A DNA stretch of 64,000 nt from contig CBDBLV010000004.1 of the NCBI GenBank assembly GCA_965207225.1, forward strand, positions 704,001-768,000, given 5' to 3'. Positions 19,767 through 30,111 of the stretch are shown here, piece after piece (position 1 is the stretch's first letter; each line of letters starts with the position of its first letter). The notes beneath the pieces are model-generated. The model was not told where the DNA came from. It did not search any database and saw only the letters and a program-made list of their open reading frames with translations. The position numbers were made by a program, and so were the translations under genes. The stretch is from Dehalococcoidia bacterium. GTDB taxonomy: Bacteria; Chloroflexota; Dehalococcoidia; Plut-88900.

Positions 19767-21470
19767 ATGAGAGAACACGAGGTACCGACCCACGTGCAGG
19801 CCGAGGACAGGGTGCTGCTGTGGTTCACCTTCCCGCAGATCGTTGCGGTGGTGGCGGTGTGCGCCCTGTCCTACGGCGCATACCGCTACGCACCCGTTGG
19901 GCCGTCCGAGGTGCGGATGGGATTCGCCGTCCTGTTCGGGCTGATGGGCATCGCAGTAGTGGTGGGAAAGATAGGAGGTCGGCGGCTGCCGCTGGTGGCC
20001 GCCGACCTCCTCAAGTACCGGCTGGGAGCCAGGGTCTACGCAGGTTCTGTGTCCCAACTGGTGCGGCCTGAGCCGCCAGTCACGGTACAGCCGGTGAAGA
20101 GCGGCCCCGGCCCCCTACGGCTGATGGCGAGGCGGGTGGGAAAGACCCTCAAGAGGCTGCGCCGCCGCAGGAAGCAGAAGCGCAACGGGGAGAGAAAGCC
20201 CTTCCGACCCCACTGCTGGTTCGGCAAGCGCCGTTCCCGCAAGGCGGGCCGCGACAGCCAGGGCCACGGACCGAAGGGTTGGATAGCGGTCATGGCGGTC
20301 GTCGCAGTGGCGGCCGCCGCGACCGTCCCCCAGTCGGTCCTTGCCGACGGACACGAGCCGTGGCGCGACGAGATCGACTTCGAGATCACGGAGCCGGTGG
20401 AGGGACGGCGGATATTCGTCGAATCCCTCGCCGTCTCCGGCGACCGGGCCGCGGTGACCCTGAGAGCCGCCACCGACCTGGCCATCCGGGTGAGAGCCTT
20501 TGGCGGTAGCCAGGGCACGTCCCTCCGCTTCTGGGGCTCGGCGACGCTGACGGAGAGGGAGAGCATCGACTACTCGCTGCCCCTCAACGGACCAATGCCC
20601 TCCTTCACCGTTTCCTGGGAGGACGCGCTGGGACAGGCGGGGGCGCTCACCGTCGAGAGCGAGCAGATTCCCTATCCCTTGCCCGTCGTTGAAGGCGAGC
20701 TATGCGACCTGCGCATGACCTCACTGGGCTGGACGGCGGGGTCCGTCACCGGCGTCGTCGAGTCCGACTGCGTTGACGCCGTCGAGCACCCGGTCGAGCT
20801 TCAGACGGTGGCCGGACACGAGAGCGTCACCGAGACGGCGCTCATGGACGCTGAGGTGACGGCAGTTACGGGAACGGTGGTTGCAGCCGCCGGAGCGTCC
20901 ACCGCAAGGGTGCCGTTCGTCCCGGACGCGGGGACGAGCTTCCGGCTCGCCGTGCCCACAGGCGAGGCCCTTCACGCGGTGAGCGTGGACGTGAGCCTTG
21001 AGGCGACCCTAAACATCCCCATCCCTCCGCTGACGACGCTCACCCACCACCCGGAGCGGACGGAGAAGCGCACCGAGACGGTGAGCCTGTACAGGCCGGG
21101 GACGACCCGGACCGTCAGCGAGACGGTCACCGTCACCAGCGACGACGGAACGACCACGGAGCACACCGTCTCCGCCACCCTGTCGGTGCCCGGCGAGACG
21201 GTGCAGAGGGACGTGACCCTCACCATCGTCCATCCCGAGCACGTCAAGGCTGAGACGACCGACCGGGAACCCCTCACCAAGACAAGGGAAGAGTCCCTAT
21301 CCCTGGCCTCCGAAATCGGGTCCGACGACGCCTTTGCGGTGCTGATTCTGCCGGAGCCCGAGCCCGAAGACCCGCCCGCCGAGCAGACGCCCGGCGGCGA
21401 CCTGACCGACTGGTTCCGCCGGTTGGGATGGGAGTGGCCCCCCAGTCAAGCTGAGGGCAGGCTCTGGTGA
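19767..21470 (+). CDS. PrgI-family protein with a large exported C-terminal region
   Basis: HEVPTHVQAEDRVLLWFTFPQ N-terminus, two TM segments, a second signal-like segment. Confidence 0.75.
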   Translation: MREHEVPTHVQAEDRVLLWFTFPQIVAVVAVCALSYGAYRYAPVGPSEVRMGFAVLFGLMGIAVVVGKIGGRRLPLVAADLLKYRLGARVYAGSVSQLVRPEPPVTVQPVKSGPGPLRLMARRVGKTLKRLRRRRKQKRNGERKPFRPHCWFGKRRSRKAGRDSQGHGPKGWIAVMAVVAVAAAATVPQSVLADGHEPWRDEIDFEITEPVEGRRIFVESLAVSGDRAAVTLRAATDLAIRVRAFGGSQGTSLRFWGSATLTERESIDYSLPLNGPMPSFTVSWEDALGQAGALTVESEQIPYPLPVVEGELCDLRMTSLGWTAGSVTGVVESDCVDAVEHPVELQTVAGHESVTETALMDAEVTAVTGTVVAAAGASTARVPFVPDAGTSFRLAVPTGEALHAVSVDVSLEATLNIPIPPLTTLTHHPERTEKRTETVSLYRPGTTRTVSETVTVTSDDGTTTEHTVSATLSVPGETVQRDVTLTIVHPEHVKAETTDREPLTKTREESLSLASEIGSDDAFAVLILPEPEPEDPPAEQTPGGDLTDWFRRLGWEWPPSQAEGRLW

Positions 21471-21784
21471 GACGGGCATGGACGGCAATCCTCCTTGCCG
21501 GGGCTGCGTTGGCGACCGTCGGCGCGGCCCCGGCCGAGGAGCGGGCGATGCTGGCCGCCTTCGACGCGGTGCTGACCGCGATGGCCTACGCCGCCGCCGG
21601 ACTCGCCGTCTTCGCCGTCGTCTGGGCGGGGTTCGTCCTGATGGCCGAGGGCGCGGAGGAGCGGGGCGGCGGCAGGGCCAAGACCGCAGTGGTGCTGGCC
21701 GTCATCGGCCTGGCGCTGGTTCTGTCCGCCAAGGGCGTCGCCGCGCTGCTGAGCCACGGCGTCATCCCCATTCCAGTCCCCTAG
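21467..21784 (+). CDS. Second VirB2-like pilin
   Basis: Signal segment plus two TM segments around AGFVLMAEG...RAK. Confidence 0.7.
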   Translation: MRRAWTAILLAGAALATVGAAPAEERAMLAAFDAVLTAMAYAAAGLAVFAVVWAGFVLMAEGAEERGGGRAKTAVVLAVIGLALVLSAKGVAALLSHGVIPIPVP

Positions 21785-21805
21785 TGAGAAAAGGAAGCGA
21801 ACGAA

Positions 21806-24100
21806 GTGAAAGAGTTTTTTCTGAACCTGATGAGAGGCGGAGAGCGGCATCCCTCAGAGGAGGGCGATGTTCAGACGCGCAATGCGAACACCGAAACGAA
21901 GACCCGTTCCACGTCGGAGCCGCCCGCGCCGAAACTCCCGCCCGACCTGCCCCTGTTCTTCATGCTGTCGCACCTGGGCGAGGACGGCCCGGTGCGGCTG
22001 GACGGGGTGCAGCTGGGCGTGTGCGAGGTGATGGGGCTGGAGATCGACGAGCCGAAGCTTGGGGCCTTCGCCGGGGCGCTCAACGCCCTCGACTTCCCGG
22101 TGCAGCTGCTCATGCGCCAGCACCCGCCGCGCCTTGGCGGTCTGCGGGAGAAGCTGCAAGAGGCCCAACCCGACGACCTGCCGCCGCAGACGAGAGCGGC
22201 ATCGGAGTCGCTCAGGCGCCTGCTCACCGACCTAGAGACCCGGGACGGCATCCTGGACCGGCGCTTCTACGCCGTCTGCGAGCACTCCCGTATCGACGAG
22301 CTGCGGGGCCTGCTGGCGAGGGCCGGACTCTCCGTCCACCCCCTCAGGGGCAGGCAGCTTCGAATGTTCCTTGTAGCCGCAGCCCTGGGTGGCTCGCCTG
22401 TTGACGTGGACGAGAACGAAGAGATCGAGGTGCAGGTCAACCGGCGCGACATGCGCATTGGCACGCATCTCATCCGCTCCCTTCACCTGGGCAAGTGGCC
22501 GAGATCGCTGGCCCCGGGGTTCCTGCAAGGACTCATGGCGGCGGGAGCGCCCATGGACCTGTCCATTCATCTGGGGCCGATCCCCGCCGAGCAGGCGGCC
22601 AGGACATTGGAGTGGCAGAAGGTCAGGTTCGAATCGGCGCAGAGTCTCTCGTTCAAGCGTGGCCGCACCATGTCGCCGGAGGCCGAGATCGCCCTGGAGG
22701 ACGTGACAAGGCTCAGGGACGAGGTGCAGAGGGGCAGGGAGCGCCTATTTCACTCCTCTTTATCCGTGACCCTCCACGCGAAGGACGAGGCGTCGCTGAA
22801 GGAGATGACCCAGAGGGCCAAGGCCCATTTTGCCGCCACTCTCGGCAAGCTGGACAACCTGGCGTTCAGGCAGCGGGAGGGGCTGCTATCGACCTTGCCC
22901 CTGGCCCTGAACGCCGTGGCCGAGTGGAGGACCCTGGACACGTCCAGCCTTGCGAGGCTCTTCCCCTTCTCGCCGCCGGACCTGGACACAAGAAGCGGCA
23001 CCCTCTACGGCATCGACATGCGGGCCTGCTCCCCCGTGGTCTACGACCCCTGGGACGGCACCCATCTCAACGCCAACACGGCAGTCCTCGCACGGTCGGG
23101 CAGCGGCAAGTCTTTCGCAACCAAGCTGGGCGTGCTCAGGGGATTGACGCGCGGCGTCACCGCCTACGTCATCGACCCGGAGGGGGAGTACGCGGACATG
23201 GCTCGCGCCGCCGGAGGCCGTGTGCTGTCCCCCGGAGTTGAGGGCCAGGGCATGAACCCCTTCGTCATCGACCGGGGCGACTCCGAGGAGCTGCTCCAGA
23301 GGATCGGGAGCCTGCGCCGTCTGATTGAAGTCATGGTGGGCGAGAGCCTCGGCGCGGAGCGCAGGGCCTCCCTCGACCACGCCCTGGCGGGCTACTACGC
23401 GGAACACCGCGAACGCACCGGCTTCAGGGACTTTTACAAGTATCTCGAAGGGCAGGCCCCGGACATAGCCCACCTGCTGAGGCCCTTCGCCACCGGCAGC
23501 CTCCGCAACCTGCTCTCCGACGAGGGGGACGACCTGCTCGGCAACGAGGCGTTGGTCACCGTCTTCGATCTTCGCCTCCTCGAACCAGAGCTGAGGCCCG
23601 CAGCGGCGATGGTCTGCACCGAGACGGTGTGGGCGGCGGCCGCCCAGAACCCCAAGCCGAGGCTGCTGGTGGTGGACGAGGTATGGAGCATCATGCAGCA
23701 CCCCGAGGGCGCGGCCTTCATGGTGTCTATGGCGAAACGCGCCAGGAAACACCGGCTGGGGCTTCAGTTCATCACCCAGGACGTCCAGGACCTTTTGTCC
23801 GAGGACTCGTCGAGGACCATCACCGGCCATTCGGGGAGGGCGCTTCTCCAGAACGCCGCCTTCAAGCTGCTCTTGCAGCAGGACGCGGCGGCCATAGGCA
23901 CCGTGGGCGACGCGTTCGACCTGCCCGAAGACCTCCAGCGCTGGCTGCTGTCGTGTCCCCGTGGGGACGGACTGTTGCTGGCGAAGGGACACCGCTTCCC
24001 CGTCCGCATCGAGGCCACCCCGGAGGAAACGGAGGTCATCGAGTGGAGGCCGGGCGGACACCGACAGAGAGGCGAGAACGCAGAAGAGACCCATACGTAG
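21806..24100 (+). CDS. virB4: VirB4-like conjugation ATPase
   Basis: Walker A ARSGSGKS; IDPEGEY; LVVDEVW; RARK...ITQ. Confidence 0.92.
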   Translation: MKEFFLNLMRGGERHPSEEGDVQTRNANTETKTRSTSEPPAPKLPPDLPLFFMLSHLGEDGPVRLDGVQLGVCEVMGLEIDEPKLGAFAGALNALDFPVQLLMRQHPPRLGGLREKLQEAQPDDLPPQTRAASESLRRLLTDLETRDGILDRRFYAVCEHSRIDELRGLLARAGLSVHPLRGRQLRMFLVAAALGGSPVDVDENEEIEVQVNRRDMRIGTHLIRSLHLGKWPRSLAPGFLQGLMAAGAPMDLSIHLGPIPAEQAARTLEWQKVRFESAQSLSFKRGRTMSPEAEIALEDVTRLRDEVQRGRERLFHSSLSVTLHAKDEASLKEMTQRAKAHFAATLGKLDNLAFRQREGLLSTLPLALNAVAEWRTLDTSSLARLFPFSPPDLDTRSGTLYGIDMRACSPVVYDPWDGTHLNANTAVLARSGSGKSFATKLGVLRGLTRGVTAYVIDPEGEYADMARAAGGRVLSPGVEGQGMNPFVIDRGDSEELLQRIGSLRRLIEVMVGESLGAERRASLDHALAGYYAEHRERTGFRDFYKYLEGQAPDIAHLLRPFATGSLRNLLSDEGDDLLGNEALVTVFDLRLLEPELRPAAAMVCTETVWAAAAQNPKPRLLVVDEVWSIMQHPEGAAFMVSMAKRARKHRLGLQFITQDVQDLLSEDSSRTITGHSGRALLQNAAFKLLLQQDAAAIGTVGDAFDLPEDLQRWLLSCPRGDGLLLAKGHRFPVRIEATPEETEVIEWRPGGHRQRGENAEETHT

Positions 24101-24115
24101 GGAGGAGTAACAGAA

Positions 24116-26647
24116 ATGAAACAGAACCCGATACGCAAACTATTTGGAAGCGACGACAAGACCCCGGCGCTGCTTGCGGTGACGCCGCCGAGGACGGGCG
24201 AGCGGACGTTGCTGGGCGTGGAGAACCTCCTCCAGTCCATCGCGGTGCCTGAGCCCTTCTCCCTGGAGCTTGCCGGGGACATGGACGGCGTGACGCTGAT
24301 GGCCCGGTGCATCGACGACCGGGTGGTACGCGGCCAGATCTCCGCCCACTACCCCCAGGCCAGGATAGAGAAGGTGGACCCAAACAACGATCCCTTGCGC
24401 CTGGGAGACGGCGAGCAGGCGTGGTCGATGACGCTCAGGGCCGACGGCCCCGAGTATGTCCCCCTGCGCACCTTCCGCGACGACGACCTCCTCGACCCCG
24501 GCTCCGACCCCCTCATCGCCCTCATGGGCGCTCTGTCGTCCCTCTACGAGGGGGAGCGGATTGTGGCTCAACTCAAGCTGAACTCCCTCGGTCCCGACTG
24601 GTCGCAGCACCATCTGGAAAAGGCCCACAAACGGCCCGGCCAGGAGCAGCGGGAGCCCTCCTACACCTACCAGACCAAGCCCCTCCAGATGGACGGGGTG
24701 ACCATGGCCGTGCTCGGCGTCGGCGCTCTCGCCGCCCTCCAGGGCTACCTGTGGGTGCAGGACGGGGAGACGTGGAAAGCCGTGCTGCTGGGCATGGGCG
24801 TTGCCCTGGGCCTTACCGCTGGCGGCTGGGCATGGCACCGCTTCAAGAAAGCCCGCAATCGGGTCGATGACCCGTTGCTCATCAGGGAGAAGGTCTCCCG
24901 CATCGCCTTCGACGCAGAGATACAGGTGACGGCGATCATGCCGGACGACACGGGGCGCGAGCGGGCCGAGGAGCTCCTCAGAAGGGTTGCCGCCGCCTAC
25001 CGGCACTTCGACAACCCGGCAGGGGCGAGGTTCAAGGTGAGCAAGGTAAGGCCCGTCGCTCCCGCCCCGGAGAACCTGCATCCCACAGGCCCCGGCCTGT
25101 TCGGCAGGCGCAGCGTCCTGGGGGTGCGGGAGGCCGCCTGCCTCTGGCACCCGCCGGGAGCGGGGAACGAGACGCCGTTGGTGGAGCGGTCCGGCGCACG
25201 GGCGCTCAGCCCGTCGGCGAAGGGAGTCAGGGGCGGCGCGCTGGTGGGCGACACCACGGCGGGTACCAAGAGGGAGATCAGATTCCCCGACGACCTGCTG
25301 CGCCGTCACCACCTCTACGTGGCCCGCACCCGCATGGGCAAGTCCACGCTGATGCACCACGTGGTCGTTCACAAGATGCGGGAGAAGGCGGCGGGCAGGG
25401 ACGAAGACGCCATCGTCGTCATAGACCCCCACACCGACCTGGTGGCGGGCATCCTCGAACACGTCCCGGAGGAGATAGCCGACAGGGTGAGGCTGATAGA
25501 CCTGTCGGACGCGAGCCGTTCCCCCGGCGTCAATCTGCTGGACACCCGCATATTCGCAGACCGGGACCGCACCGCCGACTCGGTGGTGCGGGTGGCCAAG
25601 GGCCTCTGGGACCAGTGGGGGCCGAGGATGCAATCGATCCTGGAACAGACCGTCAAGACGCTGCACGAGGCCAACGAGCAGATGGAGGCCGAGCAGCAGT
25701 ACACCATCCTCGACGGCCTGAAGCTGCTCTCGGACGATGAGTTCGCCAAGCAGGTGCGCAAGAGGGTCTCCGACCCCTACCTGCTGGAGTGGTGGGCCAG
25801 GGACTTCGGCAAGTGGGGCCGCCAGTACAAGGCGGAGGCCCTGGCCCCCGTCCAGACCCGTCTCTCCTACTACGCATCGTCCAAGCGGGCCAGGGCCATC
25901 CTGGGACAGCGCCGCTCCACCATCGACCTGAGAAGGACCATCCACGACGGCGGCGTGCTGCTGGTCTCCACCTCCCAGGGGGTCGTGGGCAGGGACGTGG
26001 CCGCCCTGGTGGGCGCGTCGCTCCTGAACCTGGTGGACGCCGTGATACGGGAGCAGGGAAGTCTATCTCTCAGGGAACGTCGCGGCGCGCTGGTCGTCGT
26101 GGACGAGATGCAGTCCATGCCCGGCGTGGACTACGAGTCGATGCTCAGCGAGCTTGGGAAGTTCGGGGCGTCCTTCATCCTCGCCACCCAGAGCCTGGCA
26201 AAGCTGGACGACCTCTCCCGCACCATGCGGGACACCATCCTCGCCAACGTGGGGTGCCTCGCCGTCTTCCAGGTGGCCGGCTCAGACGCCAGGACCCTGG
26301 TGTGGGAGCTTGGCAAGGACCGGGTGTCCGAGGACGACATCGTGTCCCTGCCCGTGCACCACTGCTACGTCCGCGCCACCGTGGGCACCGAGCGGATGCC
26401 CGCCTTCTCGATGGAGGTCAGGAAGCCTGAGGAAGGAGACCCATCGGTCGCCGACCGCATACGTGCAGCTACGCAAGGCTACACCGTCTCGGCCCGCCAG
26501 GGAGACTACGCCGACGCCGAGGGCCACGGGAAGGTGGACGAATTTCACAAAGGCGTCGAGGCATTGGAGCAGGCCGAACGGGAGGAGAACGACGAGCAGG
26601 CGACCGAGAACCACACCGACGAAGAGGACGAGGAGGTCGGAGAATGA
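24116..26647 (+). CDS. virD4: Type IV coupling protein (VirD4/TraD-like)
   Basis: Two TM segments; ARTRMGKST; VIDPH; VVVDEMQ; LATQS. Confidence 0.88.
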   Translation: MKQNPIRKLFGSDDKTPALLAVTPPRTGERTLLGVENLLQSIAVPEPFSLELAGDMDGVTLMARCIDDRVVRGQISAHYPQARIEKVDPNNDPLRLGDGEQAWSMTLRADGPEYVPLRTFRDDDLLDPGSDPLIALMGALSSLYEGERIVAQLKLNSLGPDWSQHHLEKAHKRPGQEQREPSYTYQTKPLQMDGVTMAVLGVGALAALQGYLWVQDGETWKAVLLGMGVALGLTAGGWAWHRFKKARNRVDDPLLIREKVSRIAFDAEIQVTAIMPDDTGRERAEELLRRVAAAYRHFDNPAGARFKVSKVRPVAPAPENLHPTGPGLFGRRSVLGVREAACLWHPPGAGNETPLVERSGARALSPSAKGVRGGALVGDTTAGTKREIRFPDDLLRRHHLYVARTRMGKSTLMHHVVVHKMREKAAGRDEDAIVVIDPHTDLVAGILEHVPEEIADRVRLIDLSDASRSPGVNLLDTRIFADRDRTADSVVRVAKGLWDQWGPRMQSILEQTVKTLHEANEQMEAEQQYTILDGLKLLSDDEFAKQVRKRVSDPYLLEWWARDFGKWGRQYKAEALAPVQTRLSYYASSKRARAILGQRRSTIDLRRTIHDGGVLLVSTSQGVVGRDVAALVGASLLNLVDAVIREQGSLSLRERRGALVVVDEMQSMPGVDYESMLSELGKFGASFILATQSLAKLDDLSRTMRDTILANVGCLAVFQVAGSDARTLVWELGKDRVSEDDIVSLPVHHCYVRATVGTERMPAFSMEVRKPEEGDPSVADRIRAATQGYTVSARQGDYADAEGHGKVDEFHKGVEALEQAEREENDEQATENHTDEEDEEVGE

Positions 26648-28305
26648 GACCCGCGGGACTGGAAGCCCACCTCCTCCGCACCCTGGCCGACATGCCCTAC
26701 CTCAATCGCCGGGAGATGGTCCCGGTCACGGGCCGGTCCAAGGGCGCGGTCCACGAGGCCGTGGAGAGACTTCAGGCAGACGGCCTCTGCGGCTCCGTGC
26801 TCCACGCCGTCGATCCCTTTCCACCCTCCCGCAGGTTCCACCTCACCGGGGCGGGGCTGCGCATGCTTGCAGATGAGGACGGGATGTCGCTTGACGACCT
26901 GGTGCGTACCCACCCCGTCTCCGCCGAGTGGCGGCGAAGCCTGATGGAGCGCATGGACGCCCTGGATTCCATCTACCGCGTCGCATCTCTCGCTTCCGAC
27001 GTTGCCTACCCCCTGCGCTTCCGCTGGTACCGCTCATCCAAGCTGGACGCGGGTATAGAACTTCCCGACGGCAGGACCGTCGGAATCGTCAGGCAGGGAC
27101 TCACCGCCGACCGCTCGGTCTTCGCCCAGCGCCTCTGGCGACTGAAGGACGAACCCATGCCCGGAGTCGTCCTCGTCCTCACGATGGACGCCGTCCGTCT
27201 CAGGCACGCCCGCAGGATGCTCTCGACGACCGGCGTACCGGCGTTGCTCGCCATCGAAGGCGAGGCGGTCCTGGCCGGAGCCGACGACCACATCTGGACC
27301 CCGGCCCAGGTCCACGCAGCCGTGGGCCTGCGCTATTCGTTGGACAGGACCGACCCCGGCGGCGCGTTTCCGGGGGAGCCGCAGCCCGGACTGGCGTCGG
27401 TCCCCGCAGACCTGCCCGTCATGGGAACGGTAGCCGACATGGCCGACCACATGCTGCCCGTGACGCTCAGACCCGCCGAGAAGCGCGCCCTCGACCTGGT
27501 ATTCGACTGGCCCTGGATCGCCCTGGGGGACCTCGCCGGTCTGTTGGAAGTATCGCCCCAGCGGGCTTCCCAGCTGGTCAATCCCTTGGAGGGCTTCAGC
27601 CTCGTCGTCAGGCCCCGCGAAGCGGAGGGACGGCTGGCCCTCACCGACCGGGGACTGGCCCTCCTCGCCCGCAGGGACAGGACATCGGTGGCGGCGGCGA
27701 GGAGGAGATTGAGCGTCGCCCCGGAGGACGCCAAAGGGCCTTTCGAGTGGCGCAACCTCACCGGCAGCAGGAGCCGCCAGCTTCTCAGGAACATCGAGCA
27801 CACCGAGGCCGTCCACGTCTTTCTGTCCGCGCTTGCGGCCCAGGCCCGGCACCTGGGCTGGGAGATAGCGCAGCTCGACCCGCCCAGGAGGGCGTCCCGC
27901 CACTTCCGCCACGACGAACGGTTGCGCGCCGTCTACCCCGACGCCTTCGGCGTCCTGCGCAGGGCCGAAGAGACGTGGGCCTTCTTCCTGGAGTGGGAGC
28001 GAAGGGCCGTTCGGCCCTCGACGATGGCGACGCGGCTCGCGCCCTATCTGCGCTACTACTCGTCCCAAAGGCCCATGGACGACCACGGGGCCAGACCCGC
28101 CGTTCTCATCGTCTTCGACGACGACATCGCCGCCACCCACTTCCTGCGCGTGGCGAGGGAGCGGATGCAGGCCAGCCGGGTCAGGGTCCCCCTGTGGGTC
28201 TCCCACAAAGAAGCCATCGACGCCCTGGGGCCGCTGGGACGCGCCTGGCGCACCCCGGACACCGCATGGGAGCCGCCCCAGTCCCTGCCGACGGAAGTGC
28301 AATAG
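26644..28305 (+). CDS. Replication-relaxation (Replic_Relax) family relaxase
   Basis: EHT..VH, YPDAFG, FFLEWER, YLRY motifs; coupled to virD4. Confidence 0.85.
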   Translation: MRPAGLEAHLLRTLADMPYLNRREMVPVTGRSKGAVHEAVERLQADGLCGSVLHAVDPFPPSRRFHLTGAGLRMLADEDGMSLDDLVRTHPVSAEWRRSLMERMDALDSIYRVASLASDVAYPLRFRWYRSSKLDAGIELPDGRTVGIVRQGLTADRSVFAQRLWRLKDEPMPGVVLVLTMDAVRLRHARRMLSTTGVPALLAIEGEAVLAGADDHIWTPAQVHAAVGLRYSLDRTDPGGAFPGEPQPGLASVPADLPVMGTVADMADHMLPVTLRPAEKRALDLVFDWPWIALGDLAGLLEVSPQRASQLVNPLEGFSLVVRPREAEGRLALTDRGLALLARRDRTSVAAARRRLSVAPEDAKGPFEWRNLTGSRSRQLLRNIEHTEAVHVFLSALAAQARHLGWEIAQLDPPRRASRHFRHDERLRAVYPDAFGVLRRAEETWAFFLEWERRAVRPSTMATRLAPYLRYYSSQRPMDDHGARPAVLIVFDDDIAATHFLRVARERMQASRVRVPLWVSHKEAIDALGPLGRAWRTPDTAWEPPQSLPTEVQ

Positions 28306-28627
28306 ACGACGCAGGGAGCGGCGCGAAAACTCCCGCTCAATACCCGATAGGAGATGGAAAGCCGATGCGTTCACCGGATAACGATATAGCAAGAGGCCCC
28401 CGGAGGAGCGGAGGACGGAGCGCCGTCCGGCTCGACGCGGCGGCTCTGGGAGACGGCTCACTTCGGTGATCACCTCCCGGAACCGGCCCGCCGGGGTCGA
28501 TACAGACAGACCCGGTCCCATGTCGAAGTCGGCGCGTGGGGAGCGACCGCCCTCCGGTCGCATCCGCCGCCGGATGCACATGGCCTTGGGAACAACAACC
28601 CAAAGCTTTACGACATGGAGGATAGAC

Positions 28628-28918
28628 ATGACCAACATCGATCACATCGACGGATGGAGCGAGATGGAGCCCCTTCAGGGCGCCGACATGCCCGAGGACT
28701 TCCCCCAGCGGCTCGTGCGCCTCAAGGAGGCCAGCGGCCTCTCCTGGCGCGGCCTGTGCAGGGTCACCGGCATCGACTACAAGCTGCTGCGAAGGTGGCT
28801 CAAGGGCTGGGCGCCCAGCGGAGGCTCCATGCTCACCCTGGTCATCTTCGCCAACCGCATCGGATGCCTTCCGATCCTCCTGGGGGAGGAGCTACGGATG
28901 ACCCACTTCAGGAGCTAG
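28628..28918 (+). CDS. XRE-family HTH regulator
   Basis: RLKEASGLSWRGLCRVTGI...RWLKG; GGAGG RBS. Confidence 0.8.
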   Translation: MTNIDHIDGWSEMEPLQGADMPEDFPQRLVRLKEASGLSWRGLCRVTGIDYKLLRRWLKGWAPSGGSMLTLVIFANRIGCLPILLGEELRMTHFRS

Positions 28919-29084
28919 CCGGCACCCCCCGCCGGCGCCCTAACCGGCGCATCGGCGGCGCGGCGGGGTAGGACACCACAACGCCGCCGGGCGCTCGCAC
29001 CCATCCGTCCGTGCCCGGCGGCCACCCAATACACCTGTAACGAGAGGCCAGCGGCCCAACGAACCGCCGCTGAGATTAGGCAAC

Positions 29085-29303
29085 ATGAAAGACACCAATA
29101 GAGAAGATACGAGGAACCGGCAAAAGAAGAGGCTGGGGAGGGATGCTCCCGAGTCATCCTCCGACAGGCCGATGGAGTCCTATACTCCTCAGCAGCGAAG
29201 GACGATACGCAAGGGGCTGCGCATCCTGGCCAAGGTCGCCGTCCGCGCCCACATGCGCAGGAACGCGGCTCACTCAGAGGATGACGGCGAGGGCAGGCGG
29301 TGA
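29085..29303 (+). CDS. Small basic hypothetical protein
   Basis: 72-aa ORF with amphipathic helix GLRILAKVAVRAH, upstream of the recombinase. Confidence 0.6.
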   Translation: MKDTNREDTRNRQKKRLGRDAPESSSDRPMESYTPQQRRTIRKGLRILAKVAVRAHMRRNAAHSEDDGEGRR

Positions 29304-29399
29304 ACGTCCCGCCCAACCTTGTCCCCGGCAGACTCGTTGGAGATGGCCGCGTGAAGCTAGCATCTTGGCATAGCACGAAAGCCGTGCTATTATGTACTT

Positions 29400-29693
29400 A
29401 TGATTGTCTCATTCAGAGACGGCGGTACAGAGGACATCTTCAACGGGCAATCCACTCAAGCGGCCCTGCGGGCATGTCCCATGCCGATATGGGGAGTGGC
29501 TCATCGAAAGCTTGACCAGATCGATTCCGCCTCCGTTCTGGGAGACCTCAGAATACCTCCCGGCAACCGCCTGGAACGGCTGGCCGGAGATCGAAGCGGG
29601 CAACACGGTATTCGCGTCAACGACAGGTATCGAATCTGCTTCACGTGGACACCTGCCGGACCCGCCGACGTCGAAATCACCGACTATCACTGA
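29400..29693 (+). CDS. higB: HigB/RelE-family toxin
   Basis: DLRIPPGNRLERLAGDRSGQHGIRVNDRYRICF. Confidence 0.93.
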   Translation: MIVSFRDGGTEDIFNGQSTQAALRACPMPIWGVAHRKLDQIDSASVLGDLRIPPGNRLERLAGDRSGQHGIRVNDRYRICFTWTPAGPADVEITDYH

Positions 29694-29701
29694 AGAGGAG
29701 A

Positions 29702-30067
29702 ATGAGCATGGTACGCATTCCCACCGATCGAGAGCCTACGCATCCGGGCGAGATGCTTCTGACGGAGTTCCTGCTGCCCCTCGGAATGACTCAGCGCGAC
29801 CTGTCCAATGCCATTCACGTGCCCTATCAGAGGGTCAACGAAGTCGTCCGAGGGAAGCGGGGGGTCACGCCAAGCACCGCCCTGAGGCTCTCTAGGTTCT
29901 TCGGCACTTCGCCCGGCTTTTGGATGAACCTGCAACTCCGTTGGGACCTCTACCACGCCGAGCGTTCCGAGGCTGAACAGATCGAGGGCATCCTTCCGCG
30001 TGAAATGGTCAGCGCGCTTGGGGAAGACACGGGTTCGATGACGACGATGCCGGGTGTTGCAGGCTAG
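29702..30067 (+). CDS. higA: HigA antitoxin
   Basis: PTHPGEML..EFL.P...TALRLSRFFGTS..FWMNLQ. Confidence 0.93.
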   Translation: MSMVRIPTDREPTHPGEMLLTEFLLPLGMTQRDLSNAIHVPYQRVNEVVRGKRGVTPSTALRLSRFFGTSPGFWMNLQLRWDLYHAERSEAEQIEGILPREMVSALGEDTGSMTTMPGVAG

Positions 30068-30111
30068 TAGTGGCCCACGGGAACGACAGGAAACAGGAGG
30101 AGGACTCACAG

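Noticed and set aside
22886-28638. Long alternative ORFs (402, 601, 534, 513 aa)
   Set aside because: Shadow frames of GC-rich virB4, virD4 and relaxase genes with no motifs
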